Positions 62,988-64,000 of a stretch of DNA of 64,000 bases are shown here, in pieces. Position 1 is the first letter of the stretch. The number at the start of each line of letters is the position of its first letter. Location of the stretch: assembly GCA_964035545.1 (NCBI GenBank), contig OZ037770.1, forward strand, positions 5,962,729 to 6,026,728, written 5' to 3'. This DNA is from Bugula neritina (Eukaryota > Animalia > Bryozoa). The notes under the pieces are model-generated. The model did not search any database, had not been told where the DNA came from, and was given only the letters and a program-made list of their open reading frames with translations. Both the position numbers and the translations under genes were made by a program.

Positions 62988-64000
62988 CTACAGAATACTG
63001 TGCATGTCGACCAAGTCACACAAGAAGTCTTTTAAATAAGATGGTGGCGCCCTGGTACGTTGGCTACGGTCCAACGGTACCGGGGAGTTTGCTGCGACTG
63101 GCGACTCTTCCACCACGGGTGGTGTCGCCAGTACGGGGGGGTCCACCAGTACGGGTGGCCCTCCCCCAGCTGCCTCTCCCTCAGTATCCTGAGGAATTTC
63201 CATCTCATCCGGAACGATGGGCCTGTCGACCGGCTCCACAGGTGGTGGGGCCGGCTCCGACAGGTCTTCAGGTGTGTCGACCTCCTCTTCCTGGGGTGGA
63301 GGAGGTTGGGGCTGGTCGGCTGGCGCATCAGCCGCCCCGTCCTGGTCTGGCAGTATCTCCTCAATCTCTCGATATGCCATGGGTCGCCCCCTCATAGGAG
63401 GGCGCCTAGCTGGCTCTAAGAGAGGAGGTGCTTGACCTGCCGCATCAGGACTTGCCCAGTGAGGTTTTAGCCGTGCCTCGTTCTGGACCGACACTTGTCC
63501 AGACCGTTCCACTTTGTATGTATGATTTGGCATTACCTCAATTACGCAGTAGGGACCTACGAACTTCGGCTGCAACTTGGCTGCCTGTCCGCGCCTGCGG
63601 CGATGACTGGTCATCCAGACCAAGTCCCCCACCTTGTATAAAGGTGGGTCGTCAGAGTCACCACTCCTGACCTGCCACTGCTGCTCACGTAGCACCTCGT
63701 GAGCCGTCCCCATGCGTTTTACGAGCTTGTCCACGTAGTCGTGGACATTGCTCTCTGGATTCGGAACATGATAGGTTACGTGCTCAGGAACCCTTGTTTC
63801 TCTCCCCAGCATGAGAATTAGGGGTCTCCAGTGTACTGGAGTGAGGGGTACTACGGTACGCTCGCATGATCTGCGGCAACACCAAGTCCCACTCTTCTTG
63901 GCTCCTACCGATAAGCAGGCTTCTCAGAGAGTCCCCTAGCATTCGGTTGTTCCGCTCCACGACCCCGTTCTCTTGCGGGTGATACGGGGTCGTCCGACTC
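62988..64000 (-). pseudogene. pol: pol integrase C-terminal part (element 2)
   Basis: TTPYHPQENGVVERNNR core end, GPY module, acidic/Pro-rich tail; frameshift near 63820. Confidence 0.88.

Larger units (their letters stand above)
60899..64000 (-). mobile_element. 3' part of a second, diverged Ty3/Gypsy LTR retrotransposon (integrase C-terminus, accessory ORF3, PPT, 3' LTR)
   Basis: Integrase ...MLGRETRVP...KLQPKFVGPY...RSQRTRAPPSYLKDF is clearly homologous to element 1, with a frameshift near 63820. PPT aggcgaggagag, then LTR TGTGATAG...CACTACA (61306-60899) containing AATAAA. Confidence 0.88.

Overview
AT-rich, intron-rich eukaryotic DNA from an invertebrate animal; the taxon cannot be fixed from sequence alone. 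Gene models were built by hand from GT-AG junctions and reading-frame phase. (1) A complete ERM (moesin/ezrin/radixin) gene on the - strand, about 567 aa. (2) Head-to-head with it, a WAPL cohesin-release gene on the + strand, about 1141 aa. (3) CCT2/TCP1-beta (+, about 533 aa) with a perfect heat-shock element upstream. (4) An unnamed type-I membrane receptor: signal peptide, 5 FN3 domains, TM helix, a tail rich in ITIM/ITSM-like tyrosine motifs and probably a spliced C-terminal SAM domain. (5) A full-length but decayed Ty3/Gypsy LTR retrotransposon (45815-53327). (6) A non-autonomous hAT-type DNA transposon. (7) The 5' exons of another gene whose intron holds the 3' half of a second, diverged Gypsy element on the - strand. 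Top observation: both Gypsy elements carry, where env would be, a homologous sense-strand two-exon accessory gene with a spliceosomal intron. It encodes a C2H2 + CxC-H-C double zinc finger, a basic NLS-like patch and a C-terminal coiled coil, which resembles a complex-retrovirus-style regulator rather than an envelope. Other highlights are minisatellites that have multiplied WAPL splice donors and acceptors, and a 4x repeated ESDRLxxFL motif in the WAPL disordered region.
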